This document shows, piece after piece, positions 44,408-54,320 of a DNA stretch of 64,000 nucleotides. Numbering within the stretch: the stretch's first letter is position 1; every line of letters starts with the position of its first letter. The DNA is from an uncultured bacterium (GTDB lineage Bacteria > Patescibacteriota > Minisyncoccia > Minisyncoccales > UBA10102), in the NCBI GenBank assembly GCA_913054235.1, contig CAJXJI010000001.1, positions 6,868 to 70,867 of the forward strand. The letters run 5' to 3'. The notes beneath the pieces are model-generated. The model ran no database searches, was not told where the DNA came from, and worked only from the letters and a program-made list of their open reading frames with translations. A program made the translations under genes and the position numbers.

Positions 44408-45712
44408 CTACTTCTTCAAACGCTTCCTTAACTCCTCTACAACCTTATCCATTTTTACTATTGCCTGCTCCCCTGTATCCATTTTACGAATAACAATGGT
44501 TTCATCCAACATTTCTCGCTGCCCTAGAATTAATGTATATTCTACTTCCAGTTTATCTGCTCTGGCTAATTGCGTTCGCAATGAATCCCGTCCCAAAGAT
44601 TCTGTAATGGAAATCTTTGCCCTGCGTAATTCCTCCAAAAGCTTTAAGCTCTTTTTCTTTGGCAAATCTCCAAGTTGAGCCAAAAATACCTTGGGGACAG
44701 GAATCTCTGCTCCAAGAAATCCTTTTTCTTTCATTAAAGCAACAATGCGCTCAACACCCGCTGCTCCCCCCATAGCAGGAACATCTTTTCCTCCCAATAG
44801 CCTTACTAAATTATCATACCTTCCTCCTCCTACCAAAGCGCTTCTGGTGACTGTTTCTTCTCCTTCTTTTTGCTCTACCGTGCTTTCAGAAAAAATCTCA
44901 AACACAGTCTTTGTATAATAGTCCAATCCACGAACCAAATAAGGGTCCAGGTGATAAGGAAGATCAATTTCATCCAAAAATTCCAACAGAGACTTAAAGT
45001 GCGTCTTGCAACTATCACACAAGTGATCTAAGAATTGCGGAGCTTGAGCTTTCACTCTTTGACACTTCTCTTCCTTACAATCCAATACACGAAGAGGGTT
45101 TTCTCGTATTCTTCTCCTACAATCAGCACAAAGAGAATTCTGACGAGGACGTAAGTAGTTTACCAGCACCTTTTTATAATAAGGGCGACACTGAGCATCT
45201 CCAATAGAGTTTACCTCAATAATGAGATGGCTAAATTTCAAGTCCCTTAAAAACGCATAGAAGATCTGAATAATCTGGGCATCAATAGCAGCACTCTCCT
45301 CCCCAAATACTTCAAAGTCCACCTGGTTAAATTGTCTAAACCTTCCTGCTTGAGGATGTTCATAGCGAAACAAAGGTCCATACGTATAGAGCTTTACTGG
45401 TTGAGGGAGATTAAGCATACCATTTTCATTAAACGCCCGAACAATTCCTGGAGTAAACTCAGGACGCATTGCCAAGACATCTCCTCCTTTAGTTTTTATG
45501 GTATACATTTGTTTTTCCACAATATCGGTGGACTGTCCGGTACCTCTTTCGTACAATTCTGAATCCTCCACCATAGGAGTATCTATTTTCCCAAAACCAT
45601 AAAACCTTGCTATGTCGTCTACCGTGCGGTAGATTTTCTCAAAGTATGGTTGCTCCTCTGGCAGGATATCTTTCATACCAGTTGGACGCTGAAATTTTGG
45701 TCTTTTTGCCAT
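44408..45712 (-). CDS. hisS: Histidine--tRNA ligase
   Basis: Class II aaRS motifs; N-terminus MAKRPKFQRPTGMKDILPEE (track start 45763; the internal Met avoids overlap with lepB); C-terminal anticodon-binding domain. Confidence 0.9.
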   Translation of the reverse strand: MAKRPKFQRPTGMKDILPEEQPYFEKIYRTVDDIARFYGFGKIDTPMVEDSELYERGTGQSTDIVEKQMYTIKTKGGDVLAMRPEFTPGIVRAFNENGMLNLPQPVKLYTYGPLFRYEHPQAGRFRQFNQVDFEVFGEESAAIDAQIIQIFYAFLRDLKFSHLIIEVNSIGDAQCRPYYKKVLVNYLRPRQNSLCADCRRRIRENPLRVLDCKEEKCQRVKAQAPQFLDHLCDSCKTHFKSLLEFLDEIDLPYHLDPYLVRGLDYYTKTVFEIFSESTVEQKEGEETVTRSALVGGGRYDNLVRLLGGKDVPAMGGAAGVERIVALMKEKGFLGAEIPVPKVFLAQLGDLPKKKSLKLLEELRRAKISITESLGRDSLRTQLARADKLEVEYTLILGQREMLDETIVIRKMDTGEQAIVKMDKVVEELRKRLKK

Positions 45713-45713
45713 A

Positions 45714-46349
45714 TTATTTAGTTGGAATAATTTCTTTTGCAAAAGCTTCAAGAGAAAAGACACTTAAAAATACTCTCCCTACAATCAAATCTTCTTCCAA
45801 GATTCCCCATTTGCGCGAATCTGAAGAAAAAGACCTATTATCTCCCAAAACAAAATATTCTTCTTCTTTTAAATCAATGCGAACATCGCCTGGAGTTTGA
45901 AGACTAAGAGGAAGATATATTGATTCATCCAACACAATGGCATCTCTTCCATTCTCTTCTTTCTCTCCATACACTACCACTTTACCATCTTTCACTTCTA
46001 CGGTTTCCCCTGGCAATCCTACGATTCTTTTAATAAAGCGTTGAGAGGAATCAAGCGGAAACTTCAATACAATGACTTCACCTCGCTCGGGAGAACGAAA
46101 ACGATAGGAAAGCTGATCTACAATAAGGTAGTCCCCTGTATGGTAATTTGGTTCCATAGAATCTCCTCTAACCAAAAAAGGCTGGAACACAAAAACCCGA
46201 AGAGGTACTACTATAACTAAAGCAATGACAACTACCTTGCCTACCTCAAGAATAAATTGGAGGAGTCCTTTCATAATTGTCTCATTATACTCCATTATTA
46301 TCACAAATTCAAGTGCTCTTTTTCTCCATAAAGCAGTCCCTAAGCACAT
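45714..46349 (-). CDS. lepB: Signal peptidase I
   Basis: S26 catalytic GDSMEPN (Ser) and the RIVGLPGE region; N-terminal TM. The true start is probably an internal Met. Confidence 0.85.
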   Translation of the reverse strand: MCLGTALWRKRALEFVIIMEYNETIMKGLLQFILEVGKVVVIALVIVVPLRVFVFQPFLVRGDSMEPNYHTGDYLIVDQLSYRFRSPERGEVIVLKFPLDSSQRFIKRIVGLPGETVEVKDGKVVVYGEKEENGRDAIVLDESIYLPLSLQTPGDVRIDLKEEEYFVLGDNRSFSSDSRKWGILEEDLIVGRVFLSVFSLEAFAKEIIPTK

Positions 46350-46376
46350 CTTTAAAATGATGCTATATTATATGTA

Positions 46377-46898
46377 ATGTATCTTATTGTAGGACTTGGA
46401 AACCCAGGAAAGAGTTATATAAAAACCAGACATAATGTTGGTTTTTTAATGATAGATGAATTACAAAAGAGATATAGTTTCCCGGAATTTACTTTATCTA
46501 AAAAACATACTTCTCTTGTTTCAGAGGGCATTGTGAATGAAACCAAGGTACTCTTGGCAAAGCCCCAAACCTTTATGAATAATTCTGGCAAAGCAGTAAA
46601 GTCTTTTGCCAAAGCAAAACCCACGCTCATCGTCGTACACGACGATATTGATATTCCCTTGGGGAGCATAAAAGTTTCTGAGAATAGAGGATCAGCAGGA
46701 CACAAAGGAATTGATTCCATTATCCAGTCTCTGGGAACAAAGAATTTCACCAGGATAAGGATAGGTATTCGGCCAACAAAAGGAAAGCCAGATAATATAG
46801 AAAAATTTGTCTTAAAGTCTTTTTCATCAACAGAAACAAAACTTCTCACACCTAGCATTGCTGATGCAATGCAAAATCTTCTTTTATTGGTGAAATAA
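46377..46898 (+). CDS. pth: Peptidyl-tRNA hydrolase
   Basis: MYLIVGLGNPG...RHNVGF...VVHDDIDIPLG motifs. Confidence 0.9.
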   Translation: MYLIVGLGNPGKSYIKTRHNVGFLMIDELQKRYSFPEFTLSKKHTSLVSEGIVNETKVLLAKPQTFMNNSGKAVKSFAKAKPTLIVVHDDIDIPLGSIKVSENRGSAGHKGIDSIIQSLGTKNFTRIRIGIRPTKGKPDNIEKFVLKSFSSTETKLLTPSIADAMQNLLLLVK

Positions 46899-46900
46899 TA

Positions 46901-46928
46901 AAACCGGGATCATTTGATCCCGGTTTTT
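46901..46928. terminator. Bidirectional hairpin terminator between convergent genes
   Basis: CCGGGAUC-auuu-GAUCCCGG flanked by A-run and T-run (aaaccgggatcatttgatcccggttttt). Confidence 0.65.
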
Positions 46929-46946
46929 AGGTTTCAGGCTAAGTGC

Positions 46947-47531
46947 CTAAACCTTCTTTTTGACTCTGAATGTTCCCCTTTTTTTTGGAGAAAGATTCCT
47001 CAGAACATCACCTGCCCCTTCTACTGCCCCCACCCAAACATTTACAATTGTTGAGGGCTGCCTCCCATATTTTTTAGCAGTCTCATCTACCCCCAATTCT
47101 TGAAGTGAGCTTAAAAATTCAGCATCAGGAGGTCTACCAGTTTGCCTTGTTTTTCTTGAATCTCCCCTCTTGGAAGGTCCATATCTATCAGAAGCAAAAA
47201 GCTTTTCCCTTTTTTCTCGCTCTTCCCTTAACTCTTCCTCCTGTTCTCTAGTCGCAATTTTCTCTTCGTACTCTCTAAGGGACAACCAAGAAAGCTCTTG
47301 TGCTGCCCCAGAATCTCCCTTTTCTTTTGTATTTCCTGTTGCCTTTATTTCCACCAACTGAAATGCGCGACTAAAATACCCTATCCTCTCCATATTGCTT
47401 TCTTCTGGCCAAACATAGAAATATTCTTCCTGTACTCCCCATGCCGCCCTCGCAATTAAGGAAATATGGAAGAATGCCCGACTCAAACGAAAAGGACTAG
47501 AGCCGCTAAGAACAATTACTTGATTGTCCAT
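46947..47531 (-). CDS. Hypothetical protein with Glu/Arg-rich segment
   Basis: 194-aa ORF; REQEEELREEREKREKLF charged helix; no recognisable domain. Confidence 0.4.
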   Translation of the reverse strand: MDNQVIVLSGSSPFRLSRAFFHISLIARAAWGVQEEYFYVWPEESNMERIGYFSRAFQLVEIKATGNTKEKGDSGAAQELSWLSLREYEEKIATREQEEELREEREKREKLFASDRYGPSKRGDSRKTRQTGRPPDAEFLSSLQELGVDETAKKYGRQPSTIVNVWVGAVEGAGDVLRNLSPKKRGTFRVKKKV

Positions 47532-47606
47532 GTCATTCCTCCTTCTTCTCTTAATTTTTCAAGGATTTCATTGACTTTACTAATTTTACCATTAAACTAG
47601 GTTTGG

Positions 47607-49562
47607 ATGGGATTGTCAACTCAGATGGATAGAATATTGATTGTGGGAATCACCCCCTACTTTTTGGAAAAGGGGTGGCTTTGGTTTGAAGAAAACTTCA
47701 CAAAGATTCTTCAAGCAAGGAAAGGTCAGCTTTTTTTCCAAGAACACACACTTTTTTTAGAGCAAGGACAATCCTTCTCTTTAACAGAGCTTCTGCGTAA
47801 GCTAGACGAGCTTGGATATGAAAAAGTATTTGAGATAAGAGATCCGGGAGAATTCTCGCACCAAGGGGGAATGATTGAGGTTTTTCCTTTAAACAAAAAA
47901 AATGCTCTTAGAATTGAGTTTATAGGAAATAAGATTGAAAGCCTTGAAGAACTTAATATTACCACACAGGAAGAATCTTCTCGCACAGTTTTAAAAAAGC
48001 GACTTTCCTCTCAAAAAGTATTTTCTGATATCACAGGACTTAAGCAAGATGAGTATGTGGTGCACCTGGACCATGGGATAGCAAAGTTTACAGGCATGAG
48101 CGAAATGCATGGGCAATCCTACTATGTTTTGGAATATTTAGCAGGAGACAAACTCTTTTTGCCCAAGGGATTGGAAAAAAAACTCTCGCACTATGTTGGC
48201 TTTATGCAACCTAAGGTTTCTCGCTTAGGTTCTCCTTTTTGGGTAAAAACCAAGCGAAGAATCAAGAATGAGGTAGAGAAGCTCGCAAAAGAACTTCTTG
48301 CCTTATATGCCCAAAGAGAAGTTTCTTTGCGTCCTCCCTACAACCCTCCAGAAGAACTTTCCTTTAGCGTTCAAGAAAGCTTTCCCTTTGAGGAAACACC
48401 GGACCAACTTCAAGCATTAAAAGACATTGAAAACGACTTCTTAAAAGAAGAGCCCATGGACAGAATCGTAGTGGGCGATGTAGGATTTGGAAAAACAGAA
48501 ATTGCTTTGCGGTCCATGGTACGCGCAACAGAACAAGGATATCAAGCTGCTCTCCTTGCTCCCACTACAATTTTGGCTTACCAGCATTTTTCAAACTTCA
48601 GAAAGCGCCTTAAGGGACTCCCTATTAATATAGTCCTCTTATCTCGTTTACAAACAAAAAAAGAACAAGACAAGATCCTGAAATATATCAAAGAAGGAAA
48701 AACAGATATTATTATTGGAACCCATCGTCTCTTGTCTAACGATATTGAGTTTCACAAGCTCGGATTCCTGGTAATTGATGATGAGCAAAGATTTGGCGTA
48801 AAACAAAAAGAAAAACTCAGGCAACTAAGAACTTCCTTGGATATGCTTTCCCTTTCTGCAACTCCAATTCCCCGCACCCTATACATGTCCCTTTCTTCTT
48901 TAAAGGGTATGAGCATGGTGCAAACTCCCCCCGAAGGAAGATTCCCGGTCTCTTTGGTTGTTTGTAAAAGAAATGACAAGGTTATTAAAGAAGCAATAGA
49001 ACAGGAATTAAAAAGAAAAGGGCAGGTGTATTATCTGCACAATAGAATTGGAACCATTGCCATGGTAAAAAATAGGTTGGAAAAGCTCATACCCAAAGCA
49101 AAGATAGTAATTATTCATGGACGCCTTGGCGAAAAAGAACTTATACGCGTTATGGACGAATTTGAAAAAAAGCATTACGATATCTTGGTTGCAACTACTA
49201 TTATTGAAAACGGGCTAGACCTTCCCAATGTAAATACTTTAATTGTAGAAGATGCAACAAAGTTGGGACTTGCGCAGGCTTACCAAATTAGGGGACGCAT
49301 TGGAAGATCGCATATCAAATCCTTTGCCTGGTTCCTTCATGGTTCCAATGTTCAAACTAAAGCACAACTTAGATTACAAGCCCTGCAAGAATCCAGCGAA
49401 CTTGGTTCTGGATACAAGATTGCCTTGCGAGACATGGAAATTCGAGGAGCAGGAAACATTTTGGGCAAAGAACAATCTGGTAACGTGAATATTGTTGGAT
49501 TAAACCTCTATTGCCAAATGCTTGCTGAAGCGGTTGAAAAGATGAAGAATAGAGATACATGA
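47607..49562 (+). CDS. mfd: Mfd-like transcription-repair coupling helicase, N-terminally truncated form (651 aa)
   Basis: RecG/Mfd helicase motifs GDVGFGKTEIALR, LAPTTILAYQHF, DEQRFGV, SATPIPRT and QIRGRIGR; TRG-like region. It lacks most of the UvrB-homology N-terminal domains of canonical Mfd. Confidence 0.8.
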   Translation: MGLSTQMDRILIVGITPYFLEKGWLWFEENFTKILQARKGQLFFQEHTLFLEQGQSFSLTELLRKLDELGYEKVFEIRDPGEFSHQGGMIEVFPLNKKNALRIEFIGNKIESLEELNITTQEESSRTVLKKRLSSQKVFSDITGLKQDEYVVHLDHGIAKFTGMSEMHGQSYYVLEYLAGDKLFLPKGLEKKLSHYVGFMQPKVSRLGSPFWVKTKRRIKNEVEKLAKELLALYAQREVSLRPPYNPPEELSFSVQESFPFEETPDQLQALKDIENDFLKEEPMDRIVVGDVGFGKTEIALRSMVRATEQGYQAALLAPTTILAYQHFSNFRKRLKGLPINIVLLSRLQTKKEQDKILKYIKEGKTDIIIGTHRLLSNDIEFHKLGFLVIDDEQRFGVKQKEKLRQLRTSLDMLSLSATPIPRTLYMSLSSLKGMSMVQTPPEGRFPVSLVVCKRNDKVIKEAIEQELKRKGQVYYLHNRIGTIAMVKNRLEKLIPKAKIVIIHGRLGEKELIRVMDEFEKKHYDILVATTIIENGLDLPNVNTLIVEDATKLGLAQAYQIRGRIGRSHIKSFAWFLHGSNVQTKAQLRLQALQESSELGSGYKIALRDMEIRGAGNILGKEQSGNVNIVGLNLYCQMLAEAVEKMKNRDT

Positions 49563-51601
49563 AATTAATTGTAGTAGAAAGCCCTGCAAAGGGCAGAACA
49601 ATTGAATCGTTTCTTGGGAAAGAGTACAAGGTGCTTTCTTCTTACGGACACATACGAGACCTTCCTAAGGGGAAGCTTGGTATTGACGTGGAAAAAGATT
49701 TTGAACCAACATATGTTATCCCTACCAAAGCAAGAAAAACTGCTACCTCTTTAAAAAACGCTGCTAAGAAAGCAACCGAAGTTATTTTAGCTACTGATGA
49801 GGACCGAGAAGGTGAAGCAATTGCGTGGCATTTAGCTGAGCTGTTGGATTTAAAAAATCCAGAGCGTATTGTATTTCATGAAATCACAAAAACAGCAATT
49901 GAGGAGGCACTCAAAAATCCAAGGAGCATTGATCATAATAAAGTAGAAGCTCAGCAGGCAAGAAGAATTCTGGATCGCTTAGTTGGATACAACCTCTCTC
50001 CTTTTTTATGGAAAAAGGTTTCCCGAGGCTTAAGTGCAGGAAGAGTGCAGTCTGTTGTGGTGCGTCTCATAGCTGACCGAGAGGAAGAGATTAACAAATT
50101 TATTGCACAAGAATATTGGAGTATTGAAGCTGATTTTATAAAAGATAAAAAAGTCTTTCGAGGGTTCTTACAAAAAGAGAATGGCAAGGCCATAGAGAAA
50201 TTAAGCATTAAAGATAAAAAAGAGGCAGATGAAATTATAAAGAACCTCAAAGAAGCAGACTACAAGGTGACGCAAATTGAGCAAAAGGAAGTAAAACGAA
50301 ATCCCCTTCCCCCTTTTACCACCTCTACTCTGCAACAAGCCTCAGGACAAAGACTGCACTTTCCGGCAAAACTCACCATGCAAATGGCCCAACAATTGTA
50401 TGAACAGGGCCTTATTACCTATCATCGAACAGACTCTGTAAGTCTTTCCCAGGTCTCTTTGAGCGGCGCAAAGACATTTCTTCAAAAAACATATGGCGCA
50501 CAGTACTGGCCGGGATTTCAAAGAACCTTCAAAACCAAGTCTAAAGGAGCTCAAGAAGCTCACGAGGCAATTCGTCCCACAGATGTTCAAAAGACTCCAG
50601 AGGCTCTTTTGCTTACGGGTCCTAAAGCAAAACTATACACATTAATATGGCAAAGATTTCTTGCTTCGCAAATGGCGCCTGCCCTGGTGGACGCAACCAG
50701 TATAGATATTAGCGCTGTAAATTATACTTTTCGCGTAACAGGCCAAATGTTAAAGTTTGATGGTTTTTTAAAAGTCTATCCTATACAGTTTGAAGAAGCA
50801 GAGCTCCCCTTACTTAAAAAAGGAGAAGTACTTTCGCTGCAAGAACTTCTTTCCTTGCAACACTTTACCCAACCTCCAGCAAGATATACTGAAGCCTCAC
50901 TTATTAAAACTTTAGAGGAAAACGGTATTGGAAGGCCCTCCACCTATGCTCCAACCCTTTCCACTGTCCAGGACAGAGGATATATTGTAAAAGATGAAAA
51001 GCGCCGTCTTGCTCCAACTGAACTTGGTCAGGTTGTAAATACTATAATGACAGAACACTTTCCAAATATTGTAGATGTTGGATTTACCGCAAGCATGGAG
51101 GAAGGCTTGGACGAAATCGCACAAGGAAAAAAGGAATGGGTTCCTATGCTGCAAGAATTCTATGGTCCTTTTAGCTTAAACCTTCAAAAAAAATACGAAG
51201 AAGTTCAAAAAAAAGACTTAATAGAAGTTGTTGAAGATAAAAAGTGTCCTGAATGCCAAGCCTCCATGGTCATACGCTTTGGAAGATATGGTAAGTTCTA
51301 TGCTTGTAGCAAATTTCCTGAGTGTCGCCACACAGAACCACTGGAAAAGAATAAACCAAAATCACTTGGTATCACTTGCCCTAAATGTAAGGAAGGAGAT
51401 ATCGTGGCAAAGCCAACCAAACGAGGCAAAATCTTCTATGGATGCAGCAAGTACCCTGATTGCGACTTTGCCCTGTGGGATAAGCCAACAGGAGAAGTCT
51501 GCAAGGAATGTGGCACCCTATTAATAGAGACCAAGAAGGGTAAAGTTAAATGCTCCAACAAAGAGTGTAGGAGTTTACAAAAGAAAGAAAAATCAGTATA
51601 G
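49559..51601 (+). CDS. topA: DNA topoisomerase I
   Basis: Toprim MKLIVVESPAKGRTI; catalytic-Tyr region GLITYHRTDS; C-terminal zinc ribbons CPECQ...CSKFPEC and CPKC...CSKYPDC. Confidence 0.93.
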   Translation: MKLIVVESPAKGRTIESFLGKEYKVLSSYGHIRDLPKGKLGIDVEKDFEPTYVIPTKARKTATSLKNAAKKATEVILATDEDREGEAIAWHLAELLDLKNPERIVFHEITKTAIEEALKNPRSIDHNKVEAQQARRILDRLVGYNLSPFLWKKVSRGLSAGRVQSVVVRLIADREEEINKFIAQEYWSIEADFIKDKKVFRGFLQKENGKAIEKLSIKDKKEADEIIKNLKEADYKVTQIEQKEVKRNPLPPFTTSTLQQASGQRLHFPAKLTMQMAQQLYEQGLITYHRTDSVSLSQVSLSGAKTFLQKTYGAQYWPGFQRTFKTKSKGAQEAHEAIRPTDVQKTPEALLLTGPKAKLYTLIWQRFLASQMAPALVDATSIDISAVNYTFRVTGQMLKFDGFLKVYPIQFEEAELPLLKKGEVLSLQELLSLQHFTQPPARYTEASLIKTLEENGIGRPSTYAPTLSTVQDRGYIVKDEKRRLAPTELGQVVNTIMTEHFPNIVDVGFTASMEEGLDEIAQGKKEWVPMLQEFYGPFSLNLQKKYEEVQKKDLIEVVEDKKCPECQASMVIRFGRYGKFYACSKFPECRHTEPLEKNKPKSLGITCPKCKEGDIVAKPTKRGKIFYGCSKYPDCDFALWDKPTGEVCKECGTLLIETKKGKVKCSNKECRSLQKKEKSV

Positions 51602-51615
51602 TATACCAGAAACTT

Positions 51616-51699
51616 GCCTGGGTGGCGGAACTGGCAGACGCACAGGACTCAAAATCCTGCGAGGGCAACCTCATGAGAGTTCAAGTCTCTCCCCAGGCA
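51616..51699 (+). tRNA. tRNA-Leu (anticodon CAA), class II with long variable arm
   Basis: Acceptor GCCTGGG/CCCAGGC; D-arm GCGGAACTGGCAGACGC; anticodon stem-loop CAGGA-CUCAAAA-UCCUG; long variable arm; T-arm GAGAG-TTCAAGT-CTCTC; discriminator A. Confidence 0.85.
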
Positions 51700-52155
51700 C
51701 TATTTAAAGAATCTTTTAGATAGTTTCACTACAAGAAATGCAGAAGCAATCCCTATAGCAGCTCCTGCAAAAATATCTGAAGGCCAGTGAAGAAAAGCAA
51801 GGACTCGCGCGCCAGAAAGAATTGTAGCTCCCAGCAAGAATAGAATTCCTGCCTTTTTGTTATAAAAATACAAAATTGCTCCTAATGCAAAAAAGAACGT
51901 TGCGTGTCCCGAAGGAAAAGAAGAAGAAGCTGTATGTTCAATTAAAGGCGCCATATTGTTTTCAATGAATGGACGGGGCCTGTCCCAAAAAAGTCGCACT
52001 GCCTCTGTAATAATCCCTCGAGAAAGAATAGCAGCCACAATTACTTGCCATAAAAACTTTGGGTGCTTTTTTTTGTTTTGCCACCAAAACACCAAAAATC
52101 CTGCAATGAGGATATAGGCAAGGTATTCTCCTAAAAAAATAATGATACTATTCAT
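51700..52155 (-). CDS. PAP2-family phosphatase (undecaprenyl-diphosphatase-like)
   Basis: PAP2 motifs KxxxxxxRP (FWDRPRP), PSGH (SFPSGHAT) and SRxxxxxHxxxD-like (HWPSDIFAG); multi-TM. Confidence 0.8.
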   Translation of the reverse strand: MNSIIIFLGEYLAYILIAGFLVFWWQNKKKHPKFLWQVIVAAILSRGIITEAVRLFWDRPRPFIENNMAPLIEHTASSSFPSGHATFFFALGAILYFYNKKAGILFLLGATILSGARVLAFLHWPSDIFAGAAIGIASAFLVVKLSKRFFK

Positions 52156-52963
52156 TTATCAAAAAGAGGTTTTGAAATAAACAGGCAACAGTTAAGGGGC
52201 CCACTCCTCCAGGAACTGGAGTAATAAAGCTTGCTCTCTTTGCAACACTCTCAAAATCCACATCTCCCTTGCTGCTTCCCCCTTCAACTGAAGTTCCAGC
52301 ATCAATTACCACAGCCCCTTTCTTTACCATCTTTCCTGTTATGAGGCCTGGCTTCCCAACTCCTGAAATAATAATATCAGCTTTTGCAATTATCTGTGAA
52401 GCATTCCTCGTTTCCTTTTGCACCAGAGAAATAATGGCTCCCTGATGCGCCAGCCACAAGGCTGTTGGTAATCCCACTAAACGTCCTACTCCAACAACTA
52501 CAACCTTCCTTCCTTCAAGCTTCTTTTTAGTCTCGCGGAGCAGCAATGCAATGGCACCTACCGTAGGAGGCATGATAGGTAATACACCCAAGGCAAAGGC
52601 AGAAAAAGATACGGAAGATAGCACATCTACATCCTTTTCTTTTAGAATTGAGTCTAAGATATTTTGAGTATTAAAACGCTTTGGCAAAGGAAGCTGCACA
52701 ATCATGCCACTAACCTTTTTATCTCTACCTATTTTCTCTATACGTTTTTTAAGATCTGCCTGGGAAATACTTGAAGGAAGTAGAACTAAACGAAACACAA
52801 CACCAAGCTCTTTTGCAATTTTTCCTTTTTCCTCAATGTATTTTTTAGATACTAAATTATCTCCAACCTGAATTACGCAAAGACAAAGATTCTTCTTTCG
52901 CTTTTTCTTTAAGTTAGCAAGGATGCGCTTTGCAATAGGCGCGCCAGATAGAATATGGGCCAT
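52148..52963 (-). CDS. folD: Bifunctional methylenetetrahydrofolate dehydrogenase / cyclohydrolase FolD
   Basis: QVGDN...SKKYI region; GRSxLVGxP-like VVVGVGRLVGLP; C-terminal PVPGGVGPLT. Start taken at the internal Met. Confidence 0.88.
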   Translation of the reverse strand: MAHILSGAPIAKRILANLKKKRKKNLCLCVIQVGDNLVSKKYIEEKGKIAKELGVVFRLVLLPSSISQADLKKRIEKIGRDKKVSGMIVQLPLPKRFNTQNILDSILKEKDVDVLSSVSFSAFALGVLPIMPPTVGAIALLLRETKKKLEGRKVVVVGVGRLVGLPTALWLAHQGAIISLVQKETRNASQIIAKADIIISGVGKPGLITGKMVKKGAVVIDAGTSVEGGSSKGDVDFESVAKRASFITPVPGGVGPLTVACLFQNLFLINE

Positions 52964-52983
52964 ATTTTTTAGCTTCCTTAAAA

Positions 52984-54318
52984 TTAGTAAGGAAGAGGAA
53001 ACTTCCTGCAAAACTCCTTAATTTCTTTTTGTATATCCTTGAGAACCTGGTTGTTTAAAATATCCTTTTTAAATTGTTTTATCTGCAACACGCGTTCTTT
53101 TTTATCTTCTAGAAGACGATAATCTTTTACTTCTTGCAACGCCCTTACAATCCATTCTGCAATTTTTTTCATATCCTTTTCCTTCATTCCTCTTGTGGTA
53201 ATAGCTGGGGTACCAAGACGAACTCCGCTTGGGTAAAAAGGAGAAGAAGGATCTTGTGGGACGGTATTCTTGTTTGCCGTAATACCAGCTCTCTCTAAAG
53301 CTTCTTCTAAAAATACTCCATGCCCCTTCCCATAGGCAGTAAGATCAAGAAGCATAAGGTGATTTTCTGTACCTCCAGAAACAATCTTTACCCCTTTTTC
53401 AGTTAATGCCTCTGCAAGAACCTTTGCGTTTTTCACAACCTGGTGCCCATATTCTTTAAACTCCGGGGTCATGGCCTCCTTTAGCGCCACAGCAATAGCT
53501 GCTGTTTGATGGTTATGGGGACCAGCTTGAACACCAGCAGGAAATACTGCTTTATCTATCTTTTTTGCTAAATCTGGATCTTTATCCAGGCCCTTTTGAG
53601 TTACCATAACAATTGCTCCTCTTGGACCCCGCAGGGTCTTGTGCGTTGTAGTAGTAATAATATGAACATATGGCGCAGGATTTGGATGAGCTCCAGCTAT
53701 CACTAATCCTGCAACATGAGCAATATCAGCTACCAAATACGCCCCTACCTCATCTGCGATCTCTGCCATTTCTTTGAAAGGAAAGAGCTTTGGATAGGCA
53801 GATGCTCCTACCCAAATAAGTTTTGGCTTATTCTCTTTTGCTATCTTCATTACTTTTTTAAAATCAATTGAACCATCCTGCTCAACATAGTACGGAACAC
53901 TCTTGTAGAATTTAGAGGAGAAAGTTCCCTTTGCTCCATGAGTTAAATGCCCGCCATCAGCTAAGTTCTGACCCATAATGACTTCTCCTAGCTCACACAC
54001 CGCAAGATACACTGCTGTATTCGCTGGACTCCCAGACAAAGGCTGTACATTAGCATGGGGTACCAAAAAAGCCTGCTTTACTCGTTCAATTGCAAGATTC
54101 TCTACCTTGTCTATAATATCGTTTCCTGCGTAGTATCTCTTGCCAGGATATCCTTCAGAATATTTATCGGTAAGTATGGAGCCCAAAGCCTCCAGCACTG
54201 CCAAAGACGTGTGGTTTTCAGAAGGAATCATTTCCAGGCCATCTTTTCTTCGTTGCAACTCTTCTTTAATGAATCCTGCAATTTCTGGATCTTGCTTTTG
54301 TAAATTGTCTTTTTTCAT
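52984..54318 (-). CDS. glyA: Serine hydroxymethyltransferase
   Basis: PLP-lysine motif TTTTHKTLRGPRGA and other conserved SHMT blocks. Confidence 0.93.
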   Translation of the reverse strand: MKKDNLQKQDPEIAGFIKEELQRRKDGLEMIPSENHTSLAVLEALGSILTDKYSEGYPGKRYYAGNDIIDKVENLAIERVKQAFLVPHANVQPLSGSPANTAVYLAVCELGEVIMGQNLADGGHLTHGAKGTFSSKFYKSVPYYVEQDGSIDFKKVMKIAKENKPKLIWVGASAYPKLFPFKEMAEIADEVGAYLVADIAHVAGLVIAGAHPNPAPYVHIITTTTHKTLRGPRGAIVMVTQKGLDKDPDLAKKIDKAVFPAGVQAGPHNHQTAAIAVALKEAMTPEFKEYGHQVVKNAKVLAEALTEKGVKIVSGGTENHLMLLDLTAYGKGHGVFLEEALERAGITANKNTVPQDPSSPFYPSGVRLGTPAITTRGMKEKDMKKIAEWIVRALQEVKDYRLLEDKKERVLQIKQFKKDILNNQVLKDIQKEIKEFCRKFPLPY

Positions 54319-54320
54319 TA

